Below the pieces are notes generated by a model that ran no database searches, was not told where the DNA came from, and worked only from the letters and a program-made list of their open reading frames with translations. A stretch of 63,889 nucleotides of DNA from Malacoraja senta (Eukaryota): the NCBI GenBank assembly GCA_038087875.1, contig CM075989.1, positions 21,888,001-21,951,889 of the forward strand, read 5' to 3'. Position numbers and translations under genes: made by a program. Shown here one piece after another: positions 25,696-38,297 of the stretch. Within the stretch, counting starts at the first letter, position 1; every line of letters begins with the position of its first letter.

Positions 25696-25989
25696 TATTT
25701 GTAACTCAGCGGGACAGACAGCATCTCTGGAGAGAAGGAATGGTTGGCGTTTTGGGTCGAAACCCTTCTTCGGACCTGAAACGTCACCCACTCCTTCTCT
25801 CCGGAGATGCTGCCTGTCCCACTGAGGTACTCCAGCATATTGTGTCTATCTTTGGTTTAAACCAGCATCTGCAGTTCTTTCCTACGTAAATTTGGCATTA
25901 CCGTTTACCGAGGACAAAAAGCCTTTCACTTCTGCTATACTCTCCACATCTCTTGCAGGGCATGATAAAGAGTTTAAAAGCCAATACAT

Positions 25990-26282
25990 TAGCTTTGAAG
26001 TATGAATGCTGATGTAATGAAGGAAACACGGCAATTAAAGTGCACACCGCAAGCTGCCATTAATGGGAATGTGATAATGACCAATCTGCTTTTCTTCGCA
26101 ATATTGAACTAAGGATAAATATTGGCCAGTGCCCAAGGATATCTCCGCTGGTCTTTTTTGAAATAGTACTATGAGATTTTTTTTACATCTATCTGGGAGA
26201 GGGGACCGGATCTCTGGTTTATGTCTCAACTGAAAGACATCGCCTCTAACAGCAAACAACTCCCCAACCACGGCACCAGAGT
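25990..26282 (-). mobile_element. Ancient Deu-domain SINE (SacSINE1/AmnSINE1-like)
   Basis: GGATAAATATTGGCCAG...GAAATAGTACTATGAGATTTTT.ACATC...GGTTTATGTCTCAACTGAAAGAC matches the reverse complement of the Deu-domain consensus as recalled. Confidence 0.75.
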
Positions 26283-26284
26283 AA

Positions 26285-26660
26285 GTTCATAAGTGATAGA
26301 AGTAGAACTAGGCCATTCAGACAATCAAGTCTACTCCACCACTCACTCATGGCTGATCTATCTTTCCCTCTCAACCCTATTCTCCTGCCTTCTCCCCAGA
26401 ACCCCTGACACCTGTACTAATCATGAACCTGTCAATCTCTACCTTAAAACTAACCATTGACTTGGCTACCATTAAAAATAGCCATTGACTTGGCAATGAA
26501 TTCCACAGATATACTACCCTCTGACAAACAACATTGCCTCCTCATCTCCTTTCTAAATGTACGTCCTTTTATTCTGAGGCTGTGGCCTCTGGTCCTAGAC
26601 TCTCCCACTAGTGGAAACATCCGCTTCACATCCATTCTATCCAAGCCTTTCACTATTCAT
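26285..26660 (-). mobile_element. CR1 LINE 3' fragment
   Basis: KGLDRMDVKRMFPLVGESRTRGHSLRIKG. Confidence 0.85.
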
Positions 26661-27532
26661 ATCCTATCTTGAGATAACACAATACCTGGTAACTGACAAC
26701 CTCCGACAGCCTCGACCCGAAACGTCACCCATTCCTTCTCTGCAGAGATGCTGCCTGTCCTGCTGAGTTACTCCAGCTTTTGGTGTTGACCTCTGCATAT
26801 AACTCTTGTAGAATGCATCAAAGATATTTGGAGTTAAAGAGCAAAGGTCTGAATATATCAGTTCAGTTCAGTTGATTGTCACGTGTACCGAGGTACAGTG
26901 AAAAGCTTTGGTTGCGTGCTATCCGGCCAGCGGAAAGACAACACATGATTATAATCGAGCCATTTACAGCATATAGATACATGATAAGGGAATAACGTTT
27001 GGGGCAAGGTAAAGCCAGCAAAGACCGATCAAGTGTTAAAGAAGGAACTGAAGAAGGGTTTTGGCCCGAAACGTTGCCTATTTCCTTCGTTCCATAGATG
27101 CTGCTGCACCCGCTGAGTTTCTCCAGCATTTCTGTGTACCAAAGACCGATCAAGGATAGTCTGAGGGTCACCAAAGAGGTAGATAGTATATCAACACTGC
27201 TCTCTGGTTGTGGCATATATGTCTTAGCCCTTGCAGTTGTCCAAATCTGATGTGCTCGATCAGTTTTATTTCTATTCAACCCAAGAGCTGATTATTTGTT
27301 TTGGCCAAGCATCATTAGTGATTATAGCCTTGTGTATCAAACACAAAACACTATAATTTTCAGTAATCTGGACTATAGCCTTTTGTTAATAGGGTTGCAT
27401 CGCGTTAATCTTTATTTCACTGGATTCTGGGAAGAGGGAACGGCTGGAGTGGACGGTGGAGTCTCCTCCAGATCTGGAGACTCGAAACCTGTGATTTTAT
27501 CCTTTGTTTCTCGAAAACGGAAAATTCGATGA

Positions 27533-27829
27533 CTCAGCGGTAGAGTTGCTGCCTTACAGTGCTGGAGCAAATCCTGGCTAGGGTTACTTGTTTGTACGGA
27601 GTTTGTACGTTCTCCCCGTGACCTGCGTGGGTTTTCTCCGAGATCTTCAGTTTCCTCCCACACTCCAAAGGCGTACCTGTTTGTAGTTTAATTGGATTGA
27701 TATAAATGTAAAAATTGTCCCTAGTGTGTAGAATGGTGTTTGGGTGCGGGAATCGTCAGTCAGTGATTTGAACTCGGTGGGCCGAAGGACCTGTTTCCGC
27801 GCTGTATCTCTAAACTAAACTAAACTAAA
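27533..27829 (+). mobile_element. HE1/V-SINE-type SINE
   Basis: CAGCGGTAGAGTTGCTGCC head, V-domain, (TAAAC)n tail. Confidence 0.85.
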
Positions 27830-27939
27830 AGTAATTTTGCCAATGATTAAGACTATTTAAACCAGAGTCTGAAGTCAAAGACATTCCCATACATTATCCC
27901 CAGCATGCATGGTATAAAATATGTATTACTTATGCTTCA

Positions 27940-28448
27940 GGCTTCCCGCTGAGCCGCGGTTGCGGACCGGGAATGTCCGGAGGCCTTTAATCAATGTGCC
28001 GCCGTCCGGAAGGTCGCGGAGAAGCCGGGGCCGGAGCCCCGCCAGTCGGAGCGGGGGCTTCGTTGGTCGGTGGAGTCCCGCGGGTCGGAGTCCGCTGCCG
28101 ACGGCCCCTGGGCCAGAGGAGCCCGCGGCTGGGGCCTGGGCAGGCACCACGGAAGCATCAGGAGGGGACCCGGCAGTGATAGTGGAGAGTCGGGGCAGTG
28201 GTCGACCGACGGACGAGGACGGACCACGTGGAAGTTAGGACACCGCTGCCGAGCGGTGGAACAAAGAAGGACCCGGCTTGTGGAGGCCACCGTTAGGATG
28301 GGGGGTGGGGGCAAAAACCGGTGCAGGGTACTTTGCAACTTGTTGGCGCCCTTTAGGTGGCGACTGTTTGCATACCTTGGGCATGCAAGCAAAGAATTTC
28401 ACTGTGACTTGTCACATGTGACAATAAAGTATTCATTCATTCATTCAT
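27940..28448 (+). mobile_element. GC/CpG-rich non-coding element with Rex1-type tail
   Basis: CpG-rich body ending GCAAGCAAAGAATTTCACTGTG..GTGACAATAAA(TTCA)n. Confidence 0.6.
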
Positions 28449-29024
28449 GTACTGTGGAGTCAAGAATGCAAGATAGTGGAGCCATGTTTGATTTTGAAAG
28501 AAGGGCTGACCTTCTGGTGTCCTGCAGTGCATGAATTAGTCCTTTCACCTTGAGGTCAGCCTCAGATAAGTGGTGAAAATATCACTGTGTGTTGCAGTTT
28601 TACAAAACTGGTCTTTAAAACTGAGGGGGAGATGAGGCTCCCTGGCCATACACTATGTCCATTCAGCAATGAAACAATGGATGCCTTCACCCATTCAAAT
28701 GCAAACTCTGCATCTGCCAATACTGCCTGAAGTTCTTAAGTACAGAAGGACTTGATTTAATGTTCGTAACTGATGCTGGTCACTTCTTCAGCCAGTTCCA
28801 GTCCCAGAGATACTGATTACCAGATGTGTACATACTCAGACAGTCGTTCTGCCGGATCCATATGTAACGCAATAAGACGGCATGTTATAAAATGTGGTCC
28901 ATATGTTTTGTCCATTTTTTGTAGTGTACAGGTGGATATCGTCTTGTGTTACACTATCTGCAACCACGCTGCTACAGAAACTGTAACTCATGCAAATTTC
29001 TATCATTTTTTTCGGACTTTAGTC

Positions 29025-29326
29025 TCCAGAGATACAGTGCGGAAACAGGCCCTTCAGCCCACCGAGTCTGCTCCAACCAGCTATCACCCCTCTCACTAAC
29101 ACTATCCCACACGCACTAGGGGCAATTTTGCAACTTACCAAGCCAATTAGCCGACAAACCTGCTCATCTTTGGAGTGTGGGAGGAAACTGGAGCACCCGG
29201 GGAAAACCCACGCAGGTCACGGGGAGAAGGTAGAAACTCCGCACAGACAGCGTCCACAGTCAGGTTCGCACCCGGGTCTCTGGTGCAGTGAGGCAGCATC
29301 TCTACCGCTGCGCCACCGTGCTGCCC
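29025..29326 (-). mobile_element. HE1/V-SINE-type SINE
   Basis: Full reverse copy. Confidence 0.85.
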
Positions 29327-29640
29327 AATGTGACCGAGTGGGTAAAGGACAGTGAGCAAGGTGGGCTCACTCCAAAGATGGACACAAAATGCCAGGGTAA
29401 GGCAGCATCTCTGGGGGAAAGGAATAGGTGACGTTTCAGGTCGAGACACTTCTTCAGTCTTCTTGAGCTCTTCTTGAACCAGCATCTGCAGTTCCTTCCT
29501 GCACACACGGTTGGGGCACTGCTCCCTGGACCTGGGTCAACCTGCAACAAACATTATTTGTTGGTGAAGAAATTGTGGGAAAAATATGATTACTCTGCTT
29601 CAAGTGACAAGCGATCATTTATGCCCTTCTTGAGCAGTCA

Positions 29641-29925
29641 TAGAAACATAGAAAACAGGCCAGCACCCCCATTCAATATGATCATGGCTCATCATCCAAA
29701 ATCAGTACCCCGTCCCTGCTTTCTCCCCATATCCCTTGATTCCATTAGCCCTAACTCTCTCTTGAAAACATCCAGTGAATTAGCCTCCACTGCCTTCTGT
29801 GGCAGAGAATTCCACAGATTCACAACTCTATGAGTGAAGAAGTTTTTTCTCATCTCAGTCCTAAATGGCCTACCCCTTATTCTTAAACTGTGACCCCTGG
29901 TTCCGGACTCCCCCAACATGGGGAA
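29641..29925 (-). mobile_element. CR1 3' fragment with CAGTCA TSD
   Basis: GESGTRGHSLRIRG..FFTHRVVNLWNSLP; CAGTCA at 29635-29640 and 29926-29931. Confidence 0.85.
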
Positions 29926-30924
29926 CAGTCAGATCGGGCTTCAGCTTAACATCTGTGCTGAGGGATGGCTGTGTAGAATGGGGACCCGGCGTGGTGGGAC
30001 CGCCATGATGGACGGTGGTAGAACAAAGGGGGAGCCGGTGTGGGGGAGGGGGGGGGGGGGCACTCTAGTTTAGAATCTTCTGCTCAGGGGATAAGCCTGC
30101 GTGCGTTCGTTCGTTTGTTCGTTCGTTCATTCCAGTGAAGACGCTGTGCACACGGCAGCCAGCCAACACTCGCTTGTGTTTTTTCTTTTTGTTTCTCACT
30201 TTTAAATTCAAGTTTTCGTGTACCTTGTTGTGTTGTGACTGTCGCAGAACAATTTCCCTCCGGAGATGAGCAAAGTTTTACCGTATCATATCGTATCGTA
30301 CGAAGCGACTTTCTCTCAGCAGCTCACTGTAAGGTCCAGATTAGGTGTACAAGTGCGTTAAGTTGGACATAAACCGACAGCCTTCTGACACACAGGTGAC
30401 GGTGGTCCTAATCCACGGGGAAATATGAGCAATGAAGTCAGTAATTTATCAGAGTGGATTTACAAATTGAATCTGGAGGCAGTCAGTCAGGGCCAGCTGA
30501 GCAGCCAAAAGCAGAACTTCCCCTGATACCAAATACTTTGTGCATTTTAAGTTTTCCCGATGACTTTACGCGCGCAGTATGTATTTCCAGCACGGAAGAA
30601 ATAAAAACATACCTGAAAAGGTGTTGGATCTGGAAGTAGCAGTGGTTATTGGTCAGAGTTTGTGTGCTGCAAATAAACGTTGTACATCCTTCAAATGAAT
30701 CAGGTCGTGACAAGCTGGAAGCTCTTGATGTAGAATGTAGAAACAAGGAGTGTAGAAAGGGAACTGCAGATGCTGGTGCGGTCTGAAGAAAAGTTCCCAC
30801 CAGAGACAAAGTTCGTTTGCGGGCGATTCATGGTCAGCGTGGACTTGATGGGCCCAAGGCCTTGTTTCCATACTGTTTCTCTAAACTAAACTTAACTCAG
30901 AGACCCTTATATTACAACCTTTTA

Positions 30925-31295
30925 AACATAGAAACATAGAAAATAGGTGTAGGAGTATGCCATTTGGCCCTTCGAGCCAGCACCGTGATCATGGCTGATC
31001 ATCCACTAACAGTAACCTGTTCCTGCCTTCTCCCCATATCCCCATGATTCCGCTAGCCCCAAGAGCTCTATCTAACTCTCTTTTAAATTAATCCAGTGAA
31101 TTGGCCTCCACTGCCTTCTGTGGCAGAGAATTCCACAAAATCACAACTCTCTGGGTGAAAGAGTTTTTTCTCATCTCAATCCTAAATGGCCTACCCTTTA
31201 TTCTTAGACTGTGGCCCCTGGTTCTGGACTCCCCCAACATTGGGATCATTTTTCCTGCATCTACATTGTCCAGTCCTTTTATAATTTTATATGTC
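30925..31295 (-). mobile_element. CR1 LINE 3' fragment
   Basis: Same subfamily as 29641-29925; (CTATGTTT)n tail. Confidence 0.85.
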
Positions 31296-31989
31296 TAATC
31301 ATCTCTGGCCTATGTCCAACCATCTCTCACCTGTATCCACCTGTCACTTGCCAGGCTTTGTCTGTCCCCCACCCCTCTTCCAACTTCCTCACCCCCTCCT
31401 CCAATCAGTCTGAAAAAGTCCAGACTCAAAACGTCACCTATCCATGTTCTCCAGAGATGCTGCCTGAACCGCTGAGTTACTCTAGCACTTTGCGTCTATC
31501 TTCTGTGGAAACCAGGAACAGTCGATGCTGGTTTACAAAGGAAAGACACAAAATGCTGGAGTAACTCAGCAGGTCAGGCAGCATCCATGGAGAACATGGG
31601 TAGGTGATCTTTCGGGTCAAGAACCTTCTTCAGACTCTGATAGGGTGGTGGGGGGGGGGGGGGTGGGGATGGGGGATGAAAAGGTTCTACTAATAAAAAA
31701 ACGACAGTCTGATGAAGGGTCTCGACCCTAAACATCACCCATTCCTTCTCCAGTGATCCTGCCTGTCCTGCTGAGTTACTCCAGCTTTTTGTATCCATCT
31801 TCGATTTAAATTAGCATCCACAGTTCCTTGCTACACATATTTCCAGAGATGTTGCTTGTCTCTCTGAGTTACTCCGGCACTTTGTGTCTTTTTATGTAAA
31901 CCAACACCTGCAGATCCTTGTTTCTACATTATAACAATAATTTGTGGTCTAATTCCTTTTTGGGAATCAGTAGGACAACATTCAGTATC

Positions 31990-32442
31990 ACTGGGAATGA
32001 GTGGGTTAACATATGATGAGCGTTTGACGGCATTGGGCCTGTAGTCGCTGGAGTTTAGAAGGATGAGGGGGAACCACATTGAAGCTTACCGAATAGTGAA
32101 AGGCCCGGATAGAGTTGATGTGGAGAGGATGTTTCCACTAGTGGAGGAGTCTAGGACCAGAGGCCATAACCTCAGAATACATTAACGTACTCTTAGAATG
32201 GAGATGACTAGGAATTTCTTGAGTCAGAGGATGGGGAATCTGTGGAATTCATTGCCACATAAAGTTGCGGAGGCCAAACAATGGATATTTTTACAGTGGA
32301 GATTGACAGTAAGGGTGTCAGAGCAAGGTTATGAGGAGCAGGCAGGAGAAGGCAGAAAGATAGATCAGCCATGATTGAATGGTGGAGTAGGCTTGATGGG
32401 CTGAATGGCCTAATTCTGTTCCTATAACATGAACTTATGAAC
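31990..32442 (+). mobile_element. CR1 LINE 3' fragment
   Basis: Degenerate GMSGLTYDERL..SLEFRRMRG coding end and 3' UTR. Confidence 0.85.
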
Positions 32443-33129
32443 TATTTTTAACTCTTGTCCTTTGTTGCTGTCATTAGTGTTCCAGGTTGGCTTGCATATG
32501 CTTGACCCATGGGATGGTTATCAGGAGGTAGATAAAAGTGCTGGAGAAACTCAACGGGTGCAGCAGCATCTATGGAGCGAAGGAAATAGGCAACGTTTCG
32601 GTCCGAAACGTTGCCTATTTCCTTCGCTCCATAGATGCTGCTGCACCCACTGAGTTTCTCCAACACTTTTGTCTACCTTCGATTTTCCAGCATCTGCAGT
32701 TCCTTCTTAAACGAATGGTTAACAGGATATTATTTGACTTACACCCCCACACCAATTGTCTCATTCCTTGTGGAATGTTCCAGTGGGCACTGGAAGTCTT
32801 TGTCTGCCTTTTTTTGTATTTTGGAACAAAAAGCATGTGGCTCTAACCATTTCCTTGTTCGTTTTTGATGCCTTGTGCGGGCTTTTAAATCATTTGGAAT
32901 CATTAGCATTAACAATTGTTTCTTTACACCCAACGGACTCAAAGGAATAAATAATGAAAGGCATATCTGTTGGCTGCTTTAACTAACCACGTCCGTGGTG
33001 ACTTACTACACACTGTACATCCTGAATAAGCGTCACATTCTCCTGAATCAGAGTTAGACAATTTCCTACCGTGGTCATCTTAGTCCACGGCAGTGATTTG
33101 GTTAAAATTCTACGTTTACTGTCAAATTC

Positions 33130-33412
33130 TACTGTCAAAGCTGCCACAGCCAGACATGAAAACAGTTTTCATCCACGAGTAGTTGCTCTACTCAACAGCC
33201 AAAAATCTGTAGCCTCCCTTTGATCTGGTATTTTGTTGGTTCACATGCTTGATCACATGTATTATCATTAATGTTTTATTATTATTAATGTTTATTGTTT
33301 TCCGAGTCATTCGTAACTGTCACTGTATGTCACTTTGTTACTTGTGGGCGGAGCACCAAGGCAAATTCCTTGTATGTGAATACTTGGCCAATAAACTTAC
33401 TTACTTACTTAC
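33130..33412 (+). mobile_element. Rex1/Babar LINE 3' end
   Basis: TARHENSFHPRVVALLN-type end; GGCAAATTCCTTGTATGTG..GGCCAATAAA(CTTA)n tail. Confidence 0.7.
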
Positions 33413-34937
33413 TTCTATTCATGACTGAATTGGTTGAAAGATGCAGCATGGAAACAGGCCCTTCAGCCCACCCAGTCCGCGCTGACCATTGATCACCCGC
33501 TCGCACAAGTTCTATGCTATCCCACTTTCATATCCACTCCCTACATACTGGGGCCAAAGATCTTACAAACCCACACAACTTTGGGATGTGGTAGGAAACC
33601 AGAGCACCCGGAGGAAACCACACTGCCACAGAAGGCTGTGGAGGCCAAGCCAATTAATATTTTTAAGGTGGAGATTAATAGATTCTTGATTGGTGTCAGG
33701 GATTAGGGGGAGAAGGCAGGAGAACGGGGTTGAGAAGAAAAGGATATATCAGCCATGATCGAATGGCAAAGTAGACTTGATGGGCTGAATGGCCTAATTC
33801 TGCTCCTATAACTTATGAACTTGTGAACTTATGAACTTATCAAACTATAGTCAATAGACAATAGGTGCAGGAGTAGGCCATTTGGCCCTTCGAGCCAGCA
33901 CCGCCATTCAATGTGATCATGGCTGATCATCCCCAATCAGTACCCCGTTCCTACCTTCTCCCCATATCCCCTGACTCTGCTATTTTTAAGAGCCCTATCT
34001 AGCTCTCTCTTGAAAGCATCCAGAGAACCTGCCTCCACCGCCCTCTGAGGCAGAGAATTCCACAGACTCACCACTCTCTGTGAGAAAAAGTGTTTCCTCG
34101 TCTCCGTTCTCACAGGGAGAACGTGCAAACTCCTCACTGACAGCTCCCGAGGTCAGGATTGAACTCGCATCCAAAAACGTAGCCAGAAGTCTTAATCTCT
34201 CACGAAGGTACTTCGACCATCCTTACTAATTCCCAATCCCTAAACACTTGCCCCATCCTTGGCCAGTAGTACTGGCCGCCCTTTGCTAAATAATTTGATA
34301 TCTCCTACGTTGGCAGCTGATGCATCAGTGGTGATCATTGATTTTAGTTTAGTTTAGAGATATAGCATGGAAGCAGGCCCTTTGGCCCACCAAGTCCGCG
34401 CTGACCAGCGATCACCCCTGTACACTAGCACAATTCTACACCCTAGGGACAATTTCCAATTTTTACCAAAGCCAATTATCCTACAAACCTGCACGTCTTT
34501 GGAGTGTGGGAGGAAACCCGAGCACCCGAGGGAAACCCACGTGGACCAAACCCGTGTCTCTGGTGTTGTAAGGCAGCAACTCTACCGCTGCGCCACCGTG
34601 CCGCCCCTCCTGGTACCTTCTCCTTCTTAACAGAGGGGTTTCATGTCTTCACAGCGTACGAGGGGCATTAGTGAGTGGTTGCCTCGCACTGCAGCCACAG
34701 TGAGTGGATTCAGGACAAGAATGCTCCGGGCATTGTGTACAGTGCCAGTCTTGTCCATTGAAAACCAACTCCAGTTGTGTGAAATTAACAACAGGTTTGA
34801 ATCGTATGAATTTGCATGCACACTATTTTAATAGGCCAAAGAATTTTTTTGAATAATTAAATTGAATCCATAATCTATTACCTTCTGAACCTTCTGAATG
34901 TTGTAGTCGGCAGGGCAGTACTCTGCATATCGCCAAC

Positions 34938-35158
34938 TTGGACAATTTTACATTTATACCGAGCCAATTAACCTACAAACCTGTACGTCTTTGGAGTGTG
35001 GGGGGAAACCGAAGATCTCGGAGAAAACCCACGCAGGTCACGGGGAGAAGGTACAAACTCCGTACAGACAGCACCCGTAGTCGGGATCGAACCCGGGTCT
35101 CTGGTGCTGCATTTTGCTGTGAGGCAGCAACTCTACCGCTGTGCCACCGTGACCGCCC
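34938..35158 (-). mobile_element. HE1/V-SINE-type SINE
   Basis: Reverse copy of head and V-domain; another reverse copy at about 34342-34606. Confidence 0.85.
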
Positions 35159-35242
35159 TATTAGTGCACGCTGTTGCTAAAAGCCTCGCTTAAAGACAGC
35201 GTGGAACGGGCAAACTAGACAGAGAGATTCAGACCACCAGCT

Positions 35243-35522
35243 TGGCACGGTGGCGCAGTGGTAGAGTTGCTGCCTTACAGCGCCAGAGACCCGGGTTCGA
35301 TCCCGACCACGGGTGCTGCCTGTTCGCAGTTTGTACGTGACCTGCGTGGGTTTTCCTCGGGTTCTTCAGTTTCCTCCCACACTCCAAAGACCTGCAAGTT
35401 TGCAGGTTAACTGGTTTGGTAAAAAAGTAAAATTGTCCCTAGTGTGTGGGGATCGCTGGTCGGCGCGGACTCAGTGGGCCGAAGGGCCTGTTTCCGCTCT
35501 GTATCCCTAAACCACACTAAAC
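35243..35522 (+). mobile_element. HE1/V-SINE-type SINE
   Basis: A box TGGCGCAGTGG, B box GGTTCGATCC at 35294-35303. Confidence 0.9.
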
Positions 35523-36804
35523 ACTCGACTGGTGTGCTTCAGATTCTACGGCAATCCGTTTATCTCCGATCCACATTCCTACAGGGAGAGGCTACACAGG
35601 GGAACGTAACCTTTGTGAATTTCTACCCCTTGCACCTGTTTAGCCCCAGGGACAGTTTGAGGAGAGGCTACGGAACTTGGTAGGCCTTGATATTCGCGCG
35701 AGCAATATTGCCGTACTCGAGTCCGTAATTGGTGCATGTGTTGGCTTCAAGGCGCGGAGAGGAGGAAACCCCAGTGTGATCTTTGAATGGGGCTACAGGC
35801 TTACGCCAGGTGCCAAATTAGAGCTCAATTAGACCGGGTCTGAAAATGCAAAGTCTGTGAAACACTTTGAAATTGAACGCTAGATTTATGTTGCAAATGC
35901 CACATTATTTTTCCATTCCAAGCAATTATGCCAGGAAACCAATCACCCTCTCACACAATGCTGAGTACCACAATTTTGTCGCATAAATCTTGTCAGTATA
36001 ATTGCATCACTGCACTGGTAGGGATGAACACCCATGATAAACATGCAAGTAGAAATTTACAGGTGGAATAAATAAGTTATATTTATAAAATGGTCAGATC
36101 CGAAACGGCCTGTTGCAAGCGATGCTAATTGGGTTACATATAGCGCTATTTCAGGCAGATAATGGCTGGGGTAGGAATGAGAACTCATTACATCCAGTTT
36201 ACAGCCAAACCTGTCTGAGCAGGTCCTGTTTAGCAAAACGTATCTAACTCTTCAGGGGCCTGGCGGGGTAAATGTAGAGCGGTATTCAGGACCCAGGGGT
36301 CAGACTGCCCTCGTTTTTATCCTGCCTACTTAGGATGGAAACGAGGAGGAATCTCTCGCAACTCTGCCGCTGCGCCACCGTGCCGCTGGGCTGTCTTCGG
36401 AAATGAGCAGAAATCCTTTGCCAAGGATGTGTTACAAATCCAACAGCATGGGGCGACTCAGTCGATGTTTGGCTGGCGGATACGAGGAGAGATCTCTGCG
36501 CTCACAGGCACTGGTGAATCTTCAGGCTCCCCCCACCCAGGGAGGGACTGAGTCACTGAGTACAGGTCCACCAACGTGTTACATCATCTAGCCCGCTTCA
36601 CCCACCCCCCCACTCCCCCCTCCCCCAATTAATCCGGACAAAATCCCCCCCCCCCCCACCCCGGAAATGTGGCGCCTGGGCCGGGTGAGGTGGCACCCCG
36701 CTCCTCCCTTTAATTAAACCCCACTAACCATTCCTCAGTCCACCGGTCCTGGCCACATGTAGCCGACAGATCCGTTCCCACAGACGACTTAAGAATTCTT
36801 AGAT

Positions 36805-37100
36805 TAGGAATAAGGAGTAGGCCATTTAGAACGGAGACGAGGAAACACTTTTTCTCACAGAGAGTGGTGAGGCTGTGGAATTCTCTGGATGCTTTCAAGA
36901 GAGAGTCTGAGGCAGGTTCTCTGGATGCTTTCAAGAGAGAGCTAGATAGGGCTCTTAAAAATAGCGGAGTCATGGGATATGGGGGAGAAGGCAGGAACGG
37001 GGTACTGATTGGGGATGATCAGCCATGATCACATTGAAGGACGGTGCTGGCTCGAAGGGCCGAATGGCCTACTCCTGCACCTATTGTCTGTTGTCTATTG
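36805..37100 (+). mobile_element. CR1 LINE 3' fragment
   Basis: RPFRTETRKHFFSQRVVRLWNSL; internal duplication of TTCTCTGGATGCTTTCAAGAGAGAG. Confidence 0.85.
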
Positions 37101-37397
37101 ACTTCCGAGAATGTATAAACTCCCTGCAGACAAGCACCCCGATTATACCAAGCCAATTAGCCTGCAAACCTGCACGTCTTTGGAGTGGGGGAAGAAACCG
37201 GAGCACCCGGAGTGAACCCACGCAGGTCACGGGGAGAACGTAACAAACTCCGTGTAGACAAGCACCCGTAGTCAGGATCGAGCCCGGGTCGCTGGCGCTG
37301 TGAGACCGCAACTCTACCGCTGCACCACCGTCGTCAGGAATGAGCGAAAATCCTTCTAGTATCACAAATTAACAGCATGGAGTGACTCAATCAATGT

Positions 37398-37656
37398 GTG
37401 GGAAAGAACTGCAGATGCTGGTTTAAATAGAAGAGAGACACAGAGAGCGAGACAGGCAGCATCTCTGGAGAGAGGGAATGGGTGACGTTAGGGGTCGAGA
37501 CCCTTCTTCAGACTGGTCTAGCTAGTCTGAAGATCTAGACGTCTGAAGATCTCAACTAGTTTGAAGAAGGTTCTCGACCCGAAACGTCACCCATTCCTTC
37601 TCTCCAGAAATGCTGCCTGTCCCGCTGAGTTACTCCAGGTTTTTGTGTCTCTCTGC
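37398..37656. mobile_element. Penelope pLTR palindromic insertion with 14-bp TSD
   Basis: GACTCAATCAATGT at 37384-37397 and 37657-37670; inverted arms. Confidence 0.85.
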
Positions 37657-38297
37657 GACTCAATCAATGTTTGGCTTGTGGATATGAAGATTTAAATGCA
37701 ATCAGTCAGATTTTATTTGAAAACAGAACCACCATTATTTCATTTCGACTTGTAAAGAATCCCAACATTTTATTCATACATTTGTTCTCTTAAAAGTATT
37801 TTTGTCCACAGAAGGGTTATTTTAATGCATTCGCTGTGATGCACCATTTCATTGCAAAAGGAACGCGAGAACAATAATTCTCTAAGTCCTGTTTTGTCTG
37901 AAGGGTAATGGTTGATGTTGCTGGTGAGAGGTGTTTAGATTAGACTCAGTGCATCTTGCACTCTCCTCTCTCCTGCCTGTCTGTGGCGTATTACTCTGTC
38001 TGCATCGGGCAAGGGGACAGCACAGTTTGGAGATGCCTCTATTTGTAATTAGGTCCCTACATTGGCATGACAAAAGAGCTGTTGGGCATTTAGTGGGTGG
38101 ATTGCGATTCCTCCTCTCAGCATGCCTCGCGGAACCACAGGTTTGCCATGTCACTCACCCTTGGCACACAAAGGGGATTAAAAGAAAGACACAAAAGCAA
38201 AAGTACAAATCTATGCAGCAAATAACATCTCATTGCCAGACATTTCAATTTATATTGTTCTTGAGTTTTCTATCGTGAATATGCGCCTAATGATAAT

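Noticed and set aside
27412..27520. Ser/Pro-rich peptide GFESPDLEETPPSTPAVPSSQNPVK as a terminal exon
   Set aside because: No polypyrimidine tract before the AG; the upstream part of the ORF is SINE sequence.
30600..30670. Minus-strand candidate exon with a CAG|GTATGT donor
   Set aside because: Isolated; the one open frame gives no recognisable peptide.
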